A stretch of DNA of 64,000 bases from positions 1 to 64,000 of the forward strand of contig NIVC01001462.1 in assembly GCA_002269645.1 (NCBI GenBank), in the 5' to 3' direction. Shown here one piece after another: positions 23,256 through 33,988 of the stretch. How positions within the stretch are numbered: the stretch's first letter is position 1; every line of letters starts with the position of its first letter. The translations under genes were made by a program, and so were the position numbers. The DNA is from Macrostomum lignano (lineage: Eukaryota). The notes below the pieces were generated by a model. That model saw nothing but the letters and a program-made list of their open reading frames with translations. It ran no database searches and was not told where the DNA came from.

Positions 23256-24375
23256 ATGTCGTCAAGCCGAACCTCAACTGGCGCAGAGAGCGCCGTTTCC
23301 GTTCTCTCAGCCGGCCATCGGCGCTGGGCGATCCGCAGGCAGGGCTGCCAGTCCTCGTTAGTGGCGGGCGCGTCCTCGTCTTCCCAGCAGCTGTCGCAGC
23401 AGCAGCAGCAGCTTGAAAAGCCGCCTGGCTTTTCTGAGCGCGAGGTGAGTCTTGCAAAGGGTTATTTTAGGTAAACACACATAATGTTAGAAATGGCATA
23501 ATATTTGAGTCGGTTAGAGCGTCGGGACTCACGGCTGAAAAGGTCGGGGGTTCGATTCTTGACCCACTCGGAACTATATGTGTCCTTAAGCAAGACACTT
23601 AACTCTGCGTTGCTTCAGTTCACCTAGCTGTAAAACGGGTTGACAGCATTAGCTGGGGTAATTGAGGGTGCGTGGCGACCCCCCCCCCCAGTCCTTGGAC
23701 TGAACAGCCGTACGCAGCCTTCAAATGCGCCACACAGTAGCTGCGGCTGAGCTGTCGGTTGCACATCTGGCTCAATTGAAGCAGGTGTAATCAGTTATTA
23801 TTATTGTTACTGACGATTAGAAAGTCTGGGTCGCTGTACACTATGTGTGAGCTCGGGAGCTGATAGCCCTGCAATTAGCATTGATATTAATCAAGTTCTC
23901 TTGGTTAGCTGAGACAAATTCCCTCATTTCGTCTTCATCAATCTAATCCCTCAAAACCCTCAACTGCGCGCCGAAGGCTCCAGCCAAGCATCCAGAATCC
24001 ACCGACGGGGCCAGCCTCATCAACAAGCGCGGCTGGGAGGTGGCCCTCGGCCCGGTCCGCCAGTTGCCAATGAATATCTTTATAATGTGGATGGCCGGCA
24101 ACTCGCTGTCGATCTTCCCCATCATGATGGTTGTGATGATGTTTCTGTCGCCGGTTCGAGCTCTGTTCTCCATCAAATCGACGTTCGCAATGATTGAAGG
24201 CGAGCAGGCAGCGCTGCAGAAGCTGGCCTATCTGCTTGGCAATGTGGCCGCTCTGGCGCTGGCTCTGTACAAGTGCAACAGCATGGGCCTGCTGCCCACC
24301 TTCGAGTCCGACTGGCTCTCCTTTGTTGAGGTGCCGAAACGGCAGGAACTGTCTGGCGGAGGAATGCTGCTTTAA
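23256..24375 (+). CDS. EMC4: ER membrane protein complex subunit 4 (TMEM85), 2 exons
   Basis: Exon 1 23256-23444 (HRRWAI...KPPGF, GAG|GTGAGT) and exon 2 23977-24375 ([32 protein letters not shown]...[11 protein letters not shown]...DWLSF...SGGGMLL*) match the EMC4 family. The exon 2 acceptor is AAG, so that boundary is less certain. Confidence 0.92.
23507..23800 (+). mobile_element. tRNA-derived SINE with MIR-like CORE domain (5'-clipped), in the EMC4 intron
   Basis: B-box GGTTCGATTC, then GTGTCCTTAAGCAAGACACTTAACTCTG...CTTCAGTTCACCTAGCTGTAAAA. Second copy at 24875. Confidence 0.8.
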
Positions 24376-24874
24376 CTAATTGCTGATTGGCCAGTTTTTT
24401 TTATATACTTTCGATACATATCGGCTGGATGGATCGGTTTTTGTGCTCTGTGCATGCTTTAGCCTTCTCTGTAAGCAATATCGATTGCTTCTGGTGCCTA
24501 AATTTATCGATTATCGATTATCGTTGCTGTTGATCCTGACTGCTGAAAATAAAAATTAATTCATCAAAGGTGAACTATTTCCTGGTGCCCGGACTGAAAT
24601 TACAATTGTCCAATTGGAAGTCTTGTTTGAGTTGTTTATTTTCATTAAACTGCTTTTATAGGCACATGCCGGATACCAAAGTACTTGCATGTAATTTGTT
24701 CCATGCACCATGCGCCTCGGTGTTAGTGCAAAGTTCTGACACTTAATCCTCAAGGTTAAAATGGAAGCAGTAGCAGCCACGTGACTTTGGTTTTCTTCTT
24801 TCTAATCAATCCAGTCTCCTATATTTTGTTAATTCGATTCCCATAGCTGTTCTGATGATGATCAGTCTGATATA

Positions 24875-25165
24875 GGTGGTTGTAGCTTAGTGGTTAGGGC
24901 GTCGGACTCGTGACTGAAAGGTCGGGGGTTCGATTCTTGACCCACTCGGAACAATTTGTGTCCTTGAGCAAGACACTTAACTCTGCATTGCTTCAGTTCA
25001 CCCAGCTGTAAAATTGGTGCCAGAATTAGCTGGGGTAATTGAGGCTGTGTGTGTGGCGACCCCCATTCCTCTGGACTGAGCAGCCGTACGCAGCCTTCAG
25101 ATGCGCCGCGCAATTGCTGCGGCTGAGCTGTCGGTTGCACACCTGCCCATACTTCACATGTAATC
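24875..25165 (+). mobile_element. tRNA-derived SINE with MIR-like CORE domain (near full length)
   Basis: A-box TAGCTTAGTGG, B-box GGTTCGATTC, CORE-like GTGTCCTTGAGCAAGACACTTAAC...TGCTTCAGTTCACCCAGCTGTAAAATTGG. Collinear with the 23507 copy. Confidence 0.82.
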
Positions 25166-26160
25166 ATATTCAATCTACGTTGGGTAACTTAAATTTAGTA
25201 GGGACCTAAATAAGATAACTGGGAACTTAAAGTATTTTTAGGAGGGCGGGGACCCTGCGCTGATTTTTTAGAGTTGTTATTATCTGGTTTTTGGCAGCAA
25301 ATTGAAGAATGGATAATTCAAGTATTCAGTAAGTAGTGAATGAAAGTAGCATGTTGGGAAGTTTTGGAGATAAAATAACCTTGTTAATTTTGCGACTTCT
25401 TTATTGGGGATAATGCAGATAAAATGATTTGGATTATGGAGGAAGTGAAAAAAATTGTTCTGAAAGTGATTGTTTAGCGGCGGTAACGTAAAATCGCTCC
25501 CCGCGGTATCTACTGCCGATAGTCTACAACTCGTGCATGTACGATCGAAGGCTTCTTCTAAAAATCTTCGTCGAAAAATGCGCACGTCGTTATAAGATAA
25601 GCCTATGTCCGGCTTGCCAACAAATATTATGCCGTCGAAATTTACAAAGTCTAAAATTCTCATCGGCTGAAGTTTCGGCGCAGCTGATGCTAAAAATGGC
25701 ATGGCCATCTAAATATAAACATGATTCGTGTTCCCTCTTACGTGAGTAATAAAATTGTAACTGCTTTCCATCCCGTACATTCATGCTGGATGACCAGCAG
25801 GGGTGGGGGTAGCCTTTCTCTTCCCTTTTGGGCGAGAAAATTTCCTTCCCGCGGGCCAGCCCTACTGGCCCGCGTATCCACCCCATATATCCCTTCCTTG
25901 CCTACTCCACTGCAACTGTACAGTCCTTGGTACAATACTATAATTTGGTAAGTACAAGTTGATCGTAGGCAAAATAGAACTTTCTGGTGCCCTCATTCAT
26001 ACCCTCCTTTCACCTCAGAGCAATGGGAGCGCACAAGTCTCATTTTCGACAATGAGGCAGTACCTTCAGCTGTCATATAATATATTCGCTCGTAAAGGAG
26101 GCAAACGCTATGATTTTTTCCTCAGCCAACAAGGAACTAAAACTTGAACGCCAAGTATCC

Positions 26161-29100
26161 ATGACTAGCCTGAACTCGTTAGACCAGCTAGAGTGCCACT
26201 TCACCTGGAAGCCAGATGATAACTGCACAAAATCTAACATCGATGACGTGATCGAAAAGACGGAGAACAAGATAAAACGGGAGCCTCACAAAAAGGCCGC
26301 CTACCTGGCAACCCTGGCGTACCTGTGCACTCGCAAGCGAATCAAAAAGTTCGACTTGGCCAAGCAATATCTCACTGAAGCGCTGGAAATTGATGCACAA
26401 ATACAGCATGACAGTCAGGAAGACTTCACGGTATCAAGCGAGTTCGTAATCAGGGCCGACATGCTGCACCTCAAGCAGCTGAGCAAAGGAAAAAGTCGGC
26501 CACTAACACCGGACGAAATCGAGACAGAAATGCAGAGACTGGAAGAGCTCTGGACTGACCCGAGTAGCAAGGCTCGAGCGTTTGCAGCGAAGGGAGTCAC
26601 CTTCGGTTGCTTCGGTCCAATGAAATACGCCATTGGCGTCAGTGCCTTCGCCGAGGCGTCAAGTATCCTATTGGAGCACAGCAAGGGGTGCAACTTCTAC
26701 TGGCTCTATGGTGAAGCTTATTTAAGAGCTCGTTGCGACAGACAGACGGTGAATAAACCCGCTGACGAAGCTCAGTTGGACTTGTGGAGAAGAGCCGAAG
26801 GCATCGGTGAGAAGAAAGGTCTCACGACGGCCACATTCTACGCAAACTATGTTGAAGCCATTCTGCACAACGAGGATTCCAGTCTGTGCCAAAGCTTGGT
26901 TGAAAAGGCTGCCAATCTTCTATTGGAAATGGCTGAGGAAAAGAAAGAGCTGTCGAAAGTCGCGTACCTTATTTGCCTTAAAGTGTTTCGGTGTCTAAAA
27001 TCTAGTTCAAACAATTTAGAAGTCATCAGAAATCGACTGTTTGAAGACGCTAAAGAAGTGGCAAGCGTATTTGTTGATCCTGGATTCTTCCTTGAGCTTT
27101 CCAAAGAAGCTCTAAGCTCCGATAATAGAGATGAGGCGATTCGGTTGCTTAAAGAGGGCAAGGCAAAGGCAGGTGAGCCTGGTCACATCTGGATTGAGTT
27201 GAAACTCATAGAGCTTCAGCGAGAACAATGGAACAAAGACACAGTCGTAGACGCATACGACTCTCTGAGAGAAACTTTCTCAGTCTACAACAAAAATTTC
27301 GCCACAGTAGAGTTTCACAAGGCCATGTTCCTAATGAAGATTGGCGAAACAAAGGAGGCTGTAGAATCGTGCGTTGCTGCCTTTGACACTGAGGAAACAT
27401 TGGACCATATATGGCCCAACGAGAAGGAAACATTTCTTCGACAACTGAATGAGAGGCATGAAGGCTTTGAAGAGTACCTGGCTTGGTACGCCGACAACAT
27501 CGGGACATTCAAAGTTCAGCTGGATGTCTTAGGCCTCTACAGGACGGCTCTGAGGCGAGACGACAAAAACAATTTTGCTCTAGAGCATCTGGGTTGCTAT
27601 TTTATGAAGAATGGCGAATTTTCTGAGGCCTCTGCAAGTTTTCGGAAACTGTCCAGTGATCACAAAAACAAGCAGGCACTGGTGGCCGAGTCGCTACTCA
27701 GAGACCCCGGCTCCGATTTGATGAAGCTGATGGAGTGTCTTGAATGCGGCTGTTGCGATGCTGCTCCTCGAATTCTTGACATCATTGAGCGTAAAAAGTC
27801 CAATCAGCGAACTGCCGTAAGGGTGATGGCGGATGAGTCAAGTCCAACTCAAGCTAGAAGCGACCCGATGTTCTTCCGCCGAGAGTTGTACGAGCTGTGC
27901 GCTAAGATCGAACTGACTCTGGATGATCCCAGCAGCTTCTCTATTAAAACTGAATCGGATTCGGGCCATTTTGAGTCTGTAAAGTTCAGAATCGCCGAGT
28001 TCTTGGAGCTCAATCAGCTAACGAGCAAAGCGAGCTCGACTCGGTCAGCTGAAGGCGCCGGCGATCGCGGAAACCTCATGAGATCGAATCGATTCCGACT
28101 GACGAAGCTGCAGACGAAGGAGACTGGAAGGGAAGTTCAAGAAATGAACAACATGACCGTCTCGGTGCTGAAGGAGGCAAAGGAGGTCCTCGATCGATCT
28201 CTGGCAGTTCGGCTTAAGGGATCGAGTCGAGAGTTCTCATACCCTCACGCGTTTGGCCAGTTGAAGAAGCAGCTAGAAGGCAACTATAAAAAGCAGTTTA
28301 ACCAGCGGAGTTCCGAAGCAGAGCGGAAGGCATTCGAGCTTGATTCACTGATGAGGGTGCTCAAGGAAAACAGAGATGCTGCATCGCTTGAAAACGTGCG
28401 AAAATGTCTGCTAGAAGAACTGAAACACAAACGTATTGATCCGAACTTTCACCAATCGGGAGACACCAGAGACATCTACAACTTCATGGTGAGTCGTGAG
28501 CACAGAATCCTGTCAAGTGAGGACAGCTGGATTGTCCGCTGGATCTATCTGGTTAACAACGAGAAGCACTCGACTGAGATTCTGGTGGAAGAGCTCAATC
28601 AGCAGCTGAAGTCTGATTGGTCGGGAGGCGCAGAGTGCCAAAGGACGGCGTACGACGTGGCGCATCTGGCAGCGGAGTTCGCTGAGGAGACATGGGCCGT
28701 CTTTTCTGATGGAGTCCGAGCTGGTGAGGCTACTGGAGTCCGAGCTGGTGAGGCTACTGGAGCCCGAGCTGGTGAGGCTACTGGAGTCCGAGCTGGTGAG
28801 GCTACTGGAGTTCGAGCTGATGAGGCTGCTGGAGTCCGAGCTGATGAGGCTGCTGGAGCCCGAGCTGGTGAGGCTACTGGAGCCCGAGCTGGTGAGGCTA
28901 CTGGAGTCCGAGCTGATGAGGCTGCTGGAGTCCGAGCTGATGAGGCTGCTGGAGCCCGAGCTGGTGAGGCTACTGGAGTCCGAGCTGATGAGGCTACTGG
29001 AGCCCGAGCTGGTGAGGCTGCTGGAGCCCGAGCTGGTGAGGCTACTGGAGTCCGAGCTGGTGAGGCTACTGGAGTCCGAGCTGATGAGGCTGCTGGAGTC

Positions 29101-29448
29101 CGAGCTGATGAGGCTGCTGGAGTCCGAGCTGATGAGGCTGCTGGAGCCCGAGCTGGTGAGGCTACTGGAGTCCGAGCTGATGAGGCTACTGGAGTCCGAG
29201 CTGATGAGGCTGCTGGAGTCCGAGCTGATGAGGCTGCTGGAGTTGGAGTCCGAGCTGATGAGGCTGCTGGAGTCCGAGCTGATGAGGCTACTGGAGTCCG
29301 AGCTGGTGAGGCTACTGGAGCCCGAGCTGGTGAGGCTACTGGAGTCCGAGCTAATGAGGCTGCTGAAGTCCGAGCTGATGAGGCTGCTGGAGTCCGAGCT
29401 GATGAGGCTACTGGCCTGGTTCATACCAAAAATATAATCGTTAAGTAA
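26161..29448 (+). CDS. IFIT-like tetratricopeptide-repeat protein with C-terminal helical (possibly HEPN-like) domain and GVRA[G/D]EA[T/A] repeat tail, 1095 aa
   Basis: N-terminus SLDQLECHFTW matches the IFIT hallmark (IFIT5 LELECHFTW). YLATLAYL resembles LYNLLAYV, and AAKGVTFGCFGPMKYAIGVSAFAEA resembles CEKGWALLKFGGKYYQKAKAAFEKA. Probable 5'UTR intron 25948-26125. ATG 26161 taken as the start. Confidence 0.82.
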   Translation: MTSLNSLDQLECHFTWKPDDNCTKSNIDDVIEKTENKIKREPHKKAAYLATLAYLCTRKRIKKFDLAKQYLTEALEIDAQIQHDSQEDFTVSSEFVIRADMLHLKQLSKGKSRPLTPDEIETEMQRLEELWTDPSSKARAFAAKGVTFGCFGPMKYAIGVSAFAEASSILLEHSKGCNFYWLYGEAYLRARCDRQTVNKPADEAQLDLWRRAEGIGEKKGLTTATFYANYVEAILHNEDSSLCQSLVEKAANLLLEMAEEKKELSKVAYLICLKVFRCLKSSSNNLEVIRNRLFEDAKEVASVFVDPGFFLELSKEALSSDNRDEAIRLLKEGKAKAGEPGHIWIELKLIELQREQWNKDTVVDAYDSLRETFSVYNKNFATVEFHKAMFLMKIGETKEAVESCVAAFDTEETLDHIWPNEKETFLRQLNERHEGFEEYLAWYADNIGTFKVQLDVLGLYRTALRRDDKNNFALEHLGCYFMKNGEFSEASASFRKLSSDHKNKQALVAESLLRDPGSDLMKLMECLECGCCDAAPRILDIIERKKSNQRTAVRVMADESSPTQARSDPMFFRRELYELCAKIELTLDDPSSFSIKTESDSGHFESVKFRIAEFLELNQLTSKASSTRSAEGAGDRGNLMRSNRFRLTKLQTKETGREVQEMNNMTVSVLKEAKEVLDRSLAVRLKGSSREFSYPHAFGQLKKQLEGNYKKQFNQRSSEAERKAFELDSLMRVLKENRDAASLENVRKCLLEELKHKRIDPNFHQSGDTRDIYNFMVSREHRILSSEDSWIVRWIYLVNNEKHSTEILVEELNQQLKSDWSGGAECQRTAYDVAHLAAEFAEETWAVFSDGVRAGEATGVRAGEATGARAGEATGVRAGEATGVRADEAAGVRADEAAGARAGEATGARAGEATGVRADEAAGVRADEAAGARAGEATGVRADEATGARAGEAAGARAGEATGVRAGEATGVRADEAAGVRADEAAGVRADEAAGARAGEATGVRADEATGVRADEAAGVRADEAAGVGVRADEAAGVRADEATGVRAGEATGARAGEATGVRANEAAEVRADEAAGVRADEATGLVHTKNIIVK
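28709..29413. repeat. 24-bp tandem repeat (GGAGTCCGAGCTGGTGAGGCTACT)n inside the IFIT-like ORF
   Basis: About 29 units encoding an 8-aa repeat. Confidence 0.95.
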
Positions 29449-29784
29449 AATGAGACAAGCACCCACCCGGTAAGACTATTGATAATTGTTTTGATATGCT
29501 TTGTATTGAATTACTTCTTTTTTGTAGGTTTCTTGTGTCAAGGAATAGTTTAGAGATAATTTGCTGTGTACGCCAGTGTATATAATCTTCAAGCAAAATC
29601 GAACCTTTGTACCGTAAAAGTACATCAGACTCGCATTCTATGGGAATTTATTTGAGAACCTTACTGTCATTAGCGAGACACCCAATACAAAAAGGCAGAA
29701 TTCTAACCAATTAATGTGCGTCTATAATGTACATTAATGTACATTTTGCCGATAACTATATATCAGCTTTATTTGATCCTGCAG

Positions 29785-30072
29785 AATGACCCCTGGGTGC
29801 GGTGCAGCAAACGAAGAAGCAGTGCAGTACGCAAGCCTGCGTTGCCAGCTACTTTTAATTGGCCTGCGTTGATTTTCGGTCTGATATTATTTGTAATGTG
29901 TGTCATAAGGATTAAAGGATTAAACAGAAATTGGTCTAATTCTGCCAGCCGTCGTCCATACTATCATCATGATGATGATAGTTCAACTGATATTTCTTCT
30001 GCTAATAATGATGATGATGATGATGATGGTGGTGATGATGGCTCAATCACTGATAATACCGATTCTGACTAA
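29785..30072 (+). other. Putative terminal exon (transmembrane helix + poly-Asp), paralogous to the ends of the PARP-like exon at 34490
   Basis: Acceptor TATCAGCT...CTGCAG|AAT resembles TATCAGCT...ATGCAG|GAT at 34489. LIFGLILFVM aligns with LIVDLVLDIM. The ending ATACCGATTCTGACTAAG resembles ATACCAATTCTGACTAAG near 35250. Confidence 0.55.
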
Positions 30073-30679
30073 GATCAGGCAAACTTATGTTTTCTTAAAC
30101 AGATTTTTGTATATTTACATGCGCATGTAGTTTATAATTACTATATATCTAAGAATATTGAATATTGAAGTTGAAAATTCATTTTTGTTTATTATTATTT
30201 TTTAGAGATCAAATATGGCCCTGTTGTAAACTTTTTATAAAATAGGTTTTTCGATATTGCTGGTTCTTATTTGACAAATTCTCAATAGCTATATTATTTT
30301 CATTTGCCTGAACATGTGTATTTACATACAATAGGACAATATTCTTGATCAACAGAAAAGTTGACAATGTAAAGATTAAAAAAATTCCAATACTTTTGCT
30401 TAGTTTTGCAACCACAGGAAACTGTGTGGCTAGTTTTGTTTTAACTATGCTCTTGTTAATGGCGATTGAACTTACGTTGGTTTTCTATATACAGTAGTTT
30501 CGTCTCTTATATCTACATGGTGACATTTATACTTACCGCAACCATAATGCAACGATTAGCTTCTCCTTGCATGTTTTTGTAATTAAGTCGGCAGACTCCG
30601 ACCCGCGAAGCCTCCCTATCCGGCCCTTGGGTCCTTTGAAACTTCACCATTATAGCGATTCAGCCCGCTCAATATTTGT

Positions 30680-30912
30680 GTCTCTTCTCTCCTCTCCCAT
30701 CCCCTCTCCCTCCACTCCCCTCTCTCTTCACTTCATTCTCCCCTCTCTCATCCCTCTCTCCTCTCTCCTCTCTCCCCTCTATCTCTCCTCTCCTTCTCCC
30801 CCTCTCTCATCTTCCCCTCTCTCTTCTCTCCCTTCTCTCGTCTCCCCCCTCTTTTCTAATCTTGTCTTGTTTCTTATCTCTTCTATTCCCTCTCCTTTCC
30901 TCTCTCTCATCT
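30680..30912. repeat. CT-rich low-complexity tract
   Basis: Seen directly. Confidence 0.9.
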
Positions 30913-31354
30913 GGCCCGTAGCCCTGAGCTGGACTCATCACCCAACCCTTGAGGTAAAAAAGTTTGCCGACCCCTGGGCTATATCAAAATGAAGCTTATG
31001 TATATAACTATTTTATACAGTATACTCCTATATATTGTATCTGTTAAAAAAAGGCATGTAATCGTAAAATATATAAAGGAATTGAGGTAAGAAAATTTTA
31101 TAGCTTGTGGACAAGCGTTTGGCTCGCGGTTTAGGGCTACTTGTTCTATCATGGCTTATTAGTGGATTATAACTGGTCTGAGTTTTGGTAGATTGCTGCC
31201 ATCAGGTTCCCGATATTCCCTAATCCTTAGTATGTATTATTTAAAGAATTGAGTCAGGACACCAATGTAATAATTTAAGTTTAACACAATTTTAATAGAA
31301 AAAACGAAAAAGATCAGTTTTACAAAAGTTGTTCTTATATTAACTCAATTTTCT

Positions 31355-31738
31355 GTATCAGATTAAACATGCCTTTTTCGGGAGTTATTTTCATAAATCC
31401 CTCGGGCCTGATTATAAACCATAGACATAAAGACTTTACGGAATATTATTGATTATTACCAAATAAAATCCCGGAGAACGCAAATATTGTCACGGAAAGA
31501 CTTTATTTCTATGGATTATGTATCAGATTAAACATGCCTTTTGAGGGAGTTATTTGTATAAATCACGAGGGCCTGAGGCCCGAGGGATTTATGAAAATAA
31601 CTCCCGAAAAAGGCATGTGTAATCTCGTATAAACCATAGACATAAAGACTTTACGGGATATTTTTGAATATTACCAAATAAAATCCCGGAGAACGCAAAT
31701 ATTGTCACGGAAAGTCTTTATTTCTATGGATTATAAGT
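31355..31738. mobile_element. Composite of two short palindromic MITE-like elements, tandemly duplicated
   Basis: Direct repeat starting GTATCAGATTAAACATGCC at 31355 and 31520. Each unit carries an element with ends TATAAACCATAGACATAAAGACTTT ... AAAGTCTTTATTTCTATGGATTAT. A hairpin centred on GAGGGCCTGAGGCCCGAG spans about 31525-31625. Confidence 0.7.
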
Positions 31739-32044
31739 GCTTTGGGCACGACTCCCAGTTTTAGGGGCAAGTCTTATCCCGTTTCCTGAGTCTTATTTCA
31801 CCTTATTCCCCTTACCTTAATGTTGGGTGTGGCCATAGACGACTCAGTCGCACACACACCCAGCCATGAGCTAAAGAAGCAATGCTTCAAGCTTGGAAAT
31901 AAAAAAAGGAAAAGTTATGATAACATGAAATAAGACGCTCTGCTAAGAGTGCAACTTTTAAGTTGACCTTGTTGATCTTGACTCAGTGTCTTCCGCTAGA
32001 GAAGAAGTCATAACATTTAATTTCCTAAATTTTCTAAGGTTGAA

Positions 32045-33130
32045 ATGCGAGCGCGGCGAGCACTCAAGGCTATACTTTTCTCAAATGTCAGAGTCAAATT
32101 CATAAGAACTGATACCTCTTACCTCTTCGGAGGTGACTGTAAAAAGCAGTTTAACCAGCTGAGTCCCGAGGCAGAGCGGAAGGCATTCGAGCTTGAGTCA
32201 CTACTGATGAGGCTGCTCAAGGAAAACAAAGATGCTGCATCGCTTGAAAACGTGCGAAAATGCCTGCTAGCTGGAGCCCGAGCTGATGAGGCTACTGGAG
32301 CCCGAGCTGGTGAGGCTACTGAAGTCCGAGCTGGTGAGGCTACTGGAGTCCGAGCTGGTGAGGCTACTGAAGTCCGAGCTGGTGAGGCTGCTGGAGTCCG
32401 AGCTGGTGAGGCTACTGGAGTCCGAGCTGGTGAGGCTGCTGGAGTCCGAGCTGGTGAGGCTGCTGGAGTCCGAGCTGATGAGGCTACTGGAGTCCGAGCT
32501 TGTGAGGCTACTGAAGTCCGAGCTGGTGAGGCTGCTGGAGTCCGAGCTGATGAGGCTAATGGAGTCCGAGCTGGTGAGGCTACTGAAGTCCGAGCTGGTG
32601 AGGCTGCTGGAGTCCGAGCTGGTGAGGCTACTGAAGTCCGAGCTGGTGAGGCTGCTGGAGTCCGAGCTGATGAGGCTAATGGAGTCCGAGCTGGTGAGGC
32701 TACTGAAGTCCGAGCTGGTGCGGCTGCTGGAGTCCGAGCTGGTGAGGCTACTGGAGTCCGAGCTGGTGAGGCTACTGGAGTCCGAGCTGGTGAGGCTACT
32801 GAAGTCCGAGCTGGTGAGGCTGCTGGAGTCCGAGCTGGTGAGGCTGCTGGAGTCCGAGCTGGTGAGGCTGCTGGAGTCCGAGCTGGTGAGGCTGCTGGAG
32901 TCCGAGCTGGTGAGGCTGCTGGAGTCCGAGCTGGTGAGGCTGCTGGAGTCCGAGCTGGTGAGGCTACTGGAGTCCGAGCTGGTGAGGCTGCTGAAGTCCG
33001 AGCTGGTGACGGTGAGGCTGCTGAAGTCCGAGCTGGTGAGGCTGCTGGAGTCCGAGCTGGTGAGGCTACTGGAGTCCGAGCTGGTGAGGCTGCTGAGCCC
33101 GAGCTGGCTCACGGGGAGGGGAATATCTGA
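32045..33130 (+). pseudogene. Partial duplicate of the IFIT-like gene 3' region (short C-terminal segment joined directly to the 24-bp repeat)
   Basis: About 32128-32270 matches 28275-28415 (KKQFNQ...AERKAFEL...KENKDAASLENVRKCLL), then jumps into the repeat (32271-33095). About 300 bp present in copy 1 is missing. Confidence 0.75.
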
Positions 33131-33988
33131 GATTTAAAGTCTTACGGGGGATTGCTGAAATGTAATTAAAGGCTACATAAGTTCAGAAGCTACATGTAGT
33201 AAATTATACAAAAAAATCTGTATTCATTTTTTGTTGGCTCCCCAACGGAAGGAGCTGCATGATTGCTAGTATTAATACTGAATTATTTGTTTCTATAAGA
33301 GCAAACCATCGCTTATTAGATTTGTTGTCCACTATATAGCTCTCTTCCACTGCAAGACTATCAGTGACATTGCACTTTGCTTTTTTTCAAGCGTAACATT
33401 TGGATACAATTACCTGATTGAATTATGAGAAAGAAAAAATGTGCCTGCCTATTAAAAATGACAGCGAAGTTGTTCTTGCTTAACTTTGTTAACTTGTTCT
33501 GTCTCTGCATGATTTCTGCGCTCTGCGATTAAAAGTGTCAGAACTTCGCAGGCACATCAGATTTGATAATGTAGCTGTCGGCTTGTTAGTGCACGGGCAC
33601 TGGACATGCGTCGCCGACTGGGAGGGTTGCTTGTTACCGCGTGCATGCTGGGGTGGATGCACCGTTCTAACCCAAATATTTCGGTGTGCGACAATTGAGG
33701 TGGGCTCACGCTTTTGTTTAGTAGAGAAACTCATTCTCAACCACGCGCTCTTACAATACAATACAAGTATGTACGCTGAGTACACAGTTAAACATAGCAT
33801 TCTGTGTAATGTAGCTAGAGGTGAAATTAGGAGTGCAAGCTAAAAATAGAATCTGAGACTGACACAAGTTTAATAAAAACAGTTAAAGTGAAAAGAGAGT
33901 ATAATTTTATCAAATCAGATGAAAACCTAAACAAGCCTGTACTCACAGTCTAAGCTCGTATTCTACGACGTAACATACCTGCCTAGAA

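Noticed and set aside
24875-24950. tRNA gene
   Set aside because: A and B boxes are present, but there is no closing acceptor stem. It continues into a repeated SINE body also found at 23507.
28513-33137. Ser-rich minus-strand and ESELVRLL plus-strand ORFs
   Set aside because: These are alternative frames of the 24-bp repeat. Only the GVRAGEA frame is continuous with unique coding sequence.
33880-33900. IRF-element-like AAAGTGAAA upstream of the PARP-like gene
   Set aside because: It is a single short purine-rich match in AT-rich DNA, expected by chance; I saw no tandem GAAANNGAAA ISRE.
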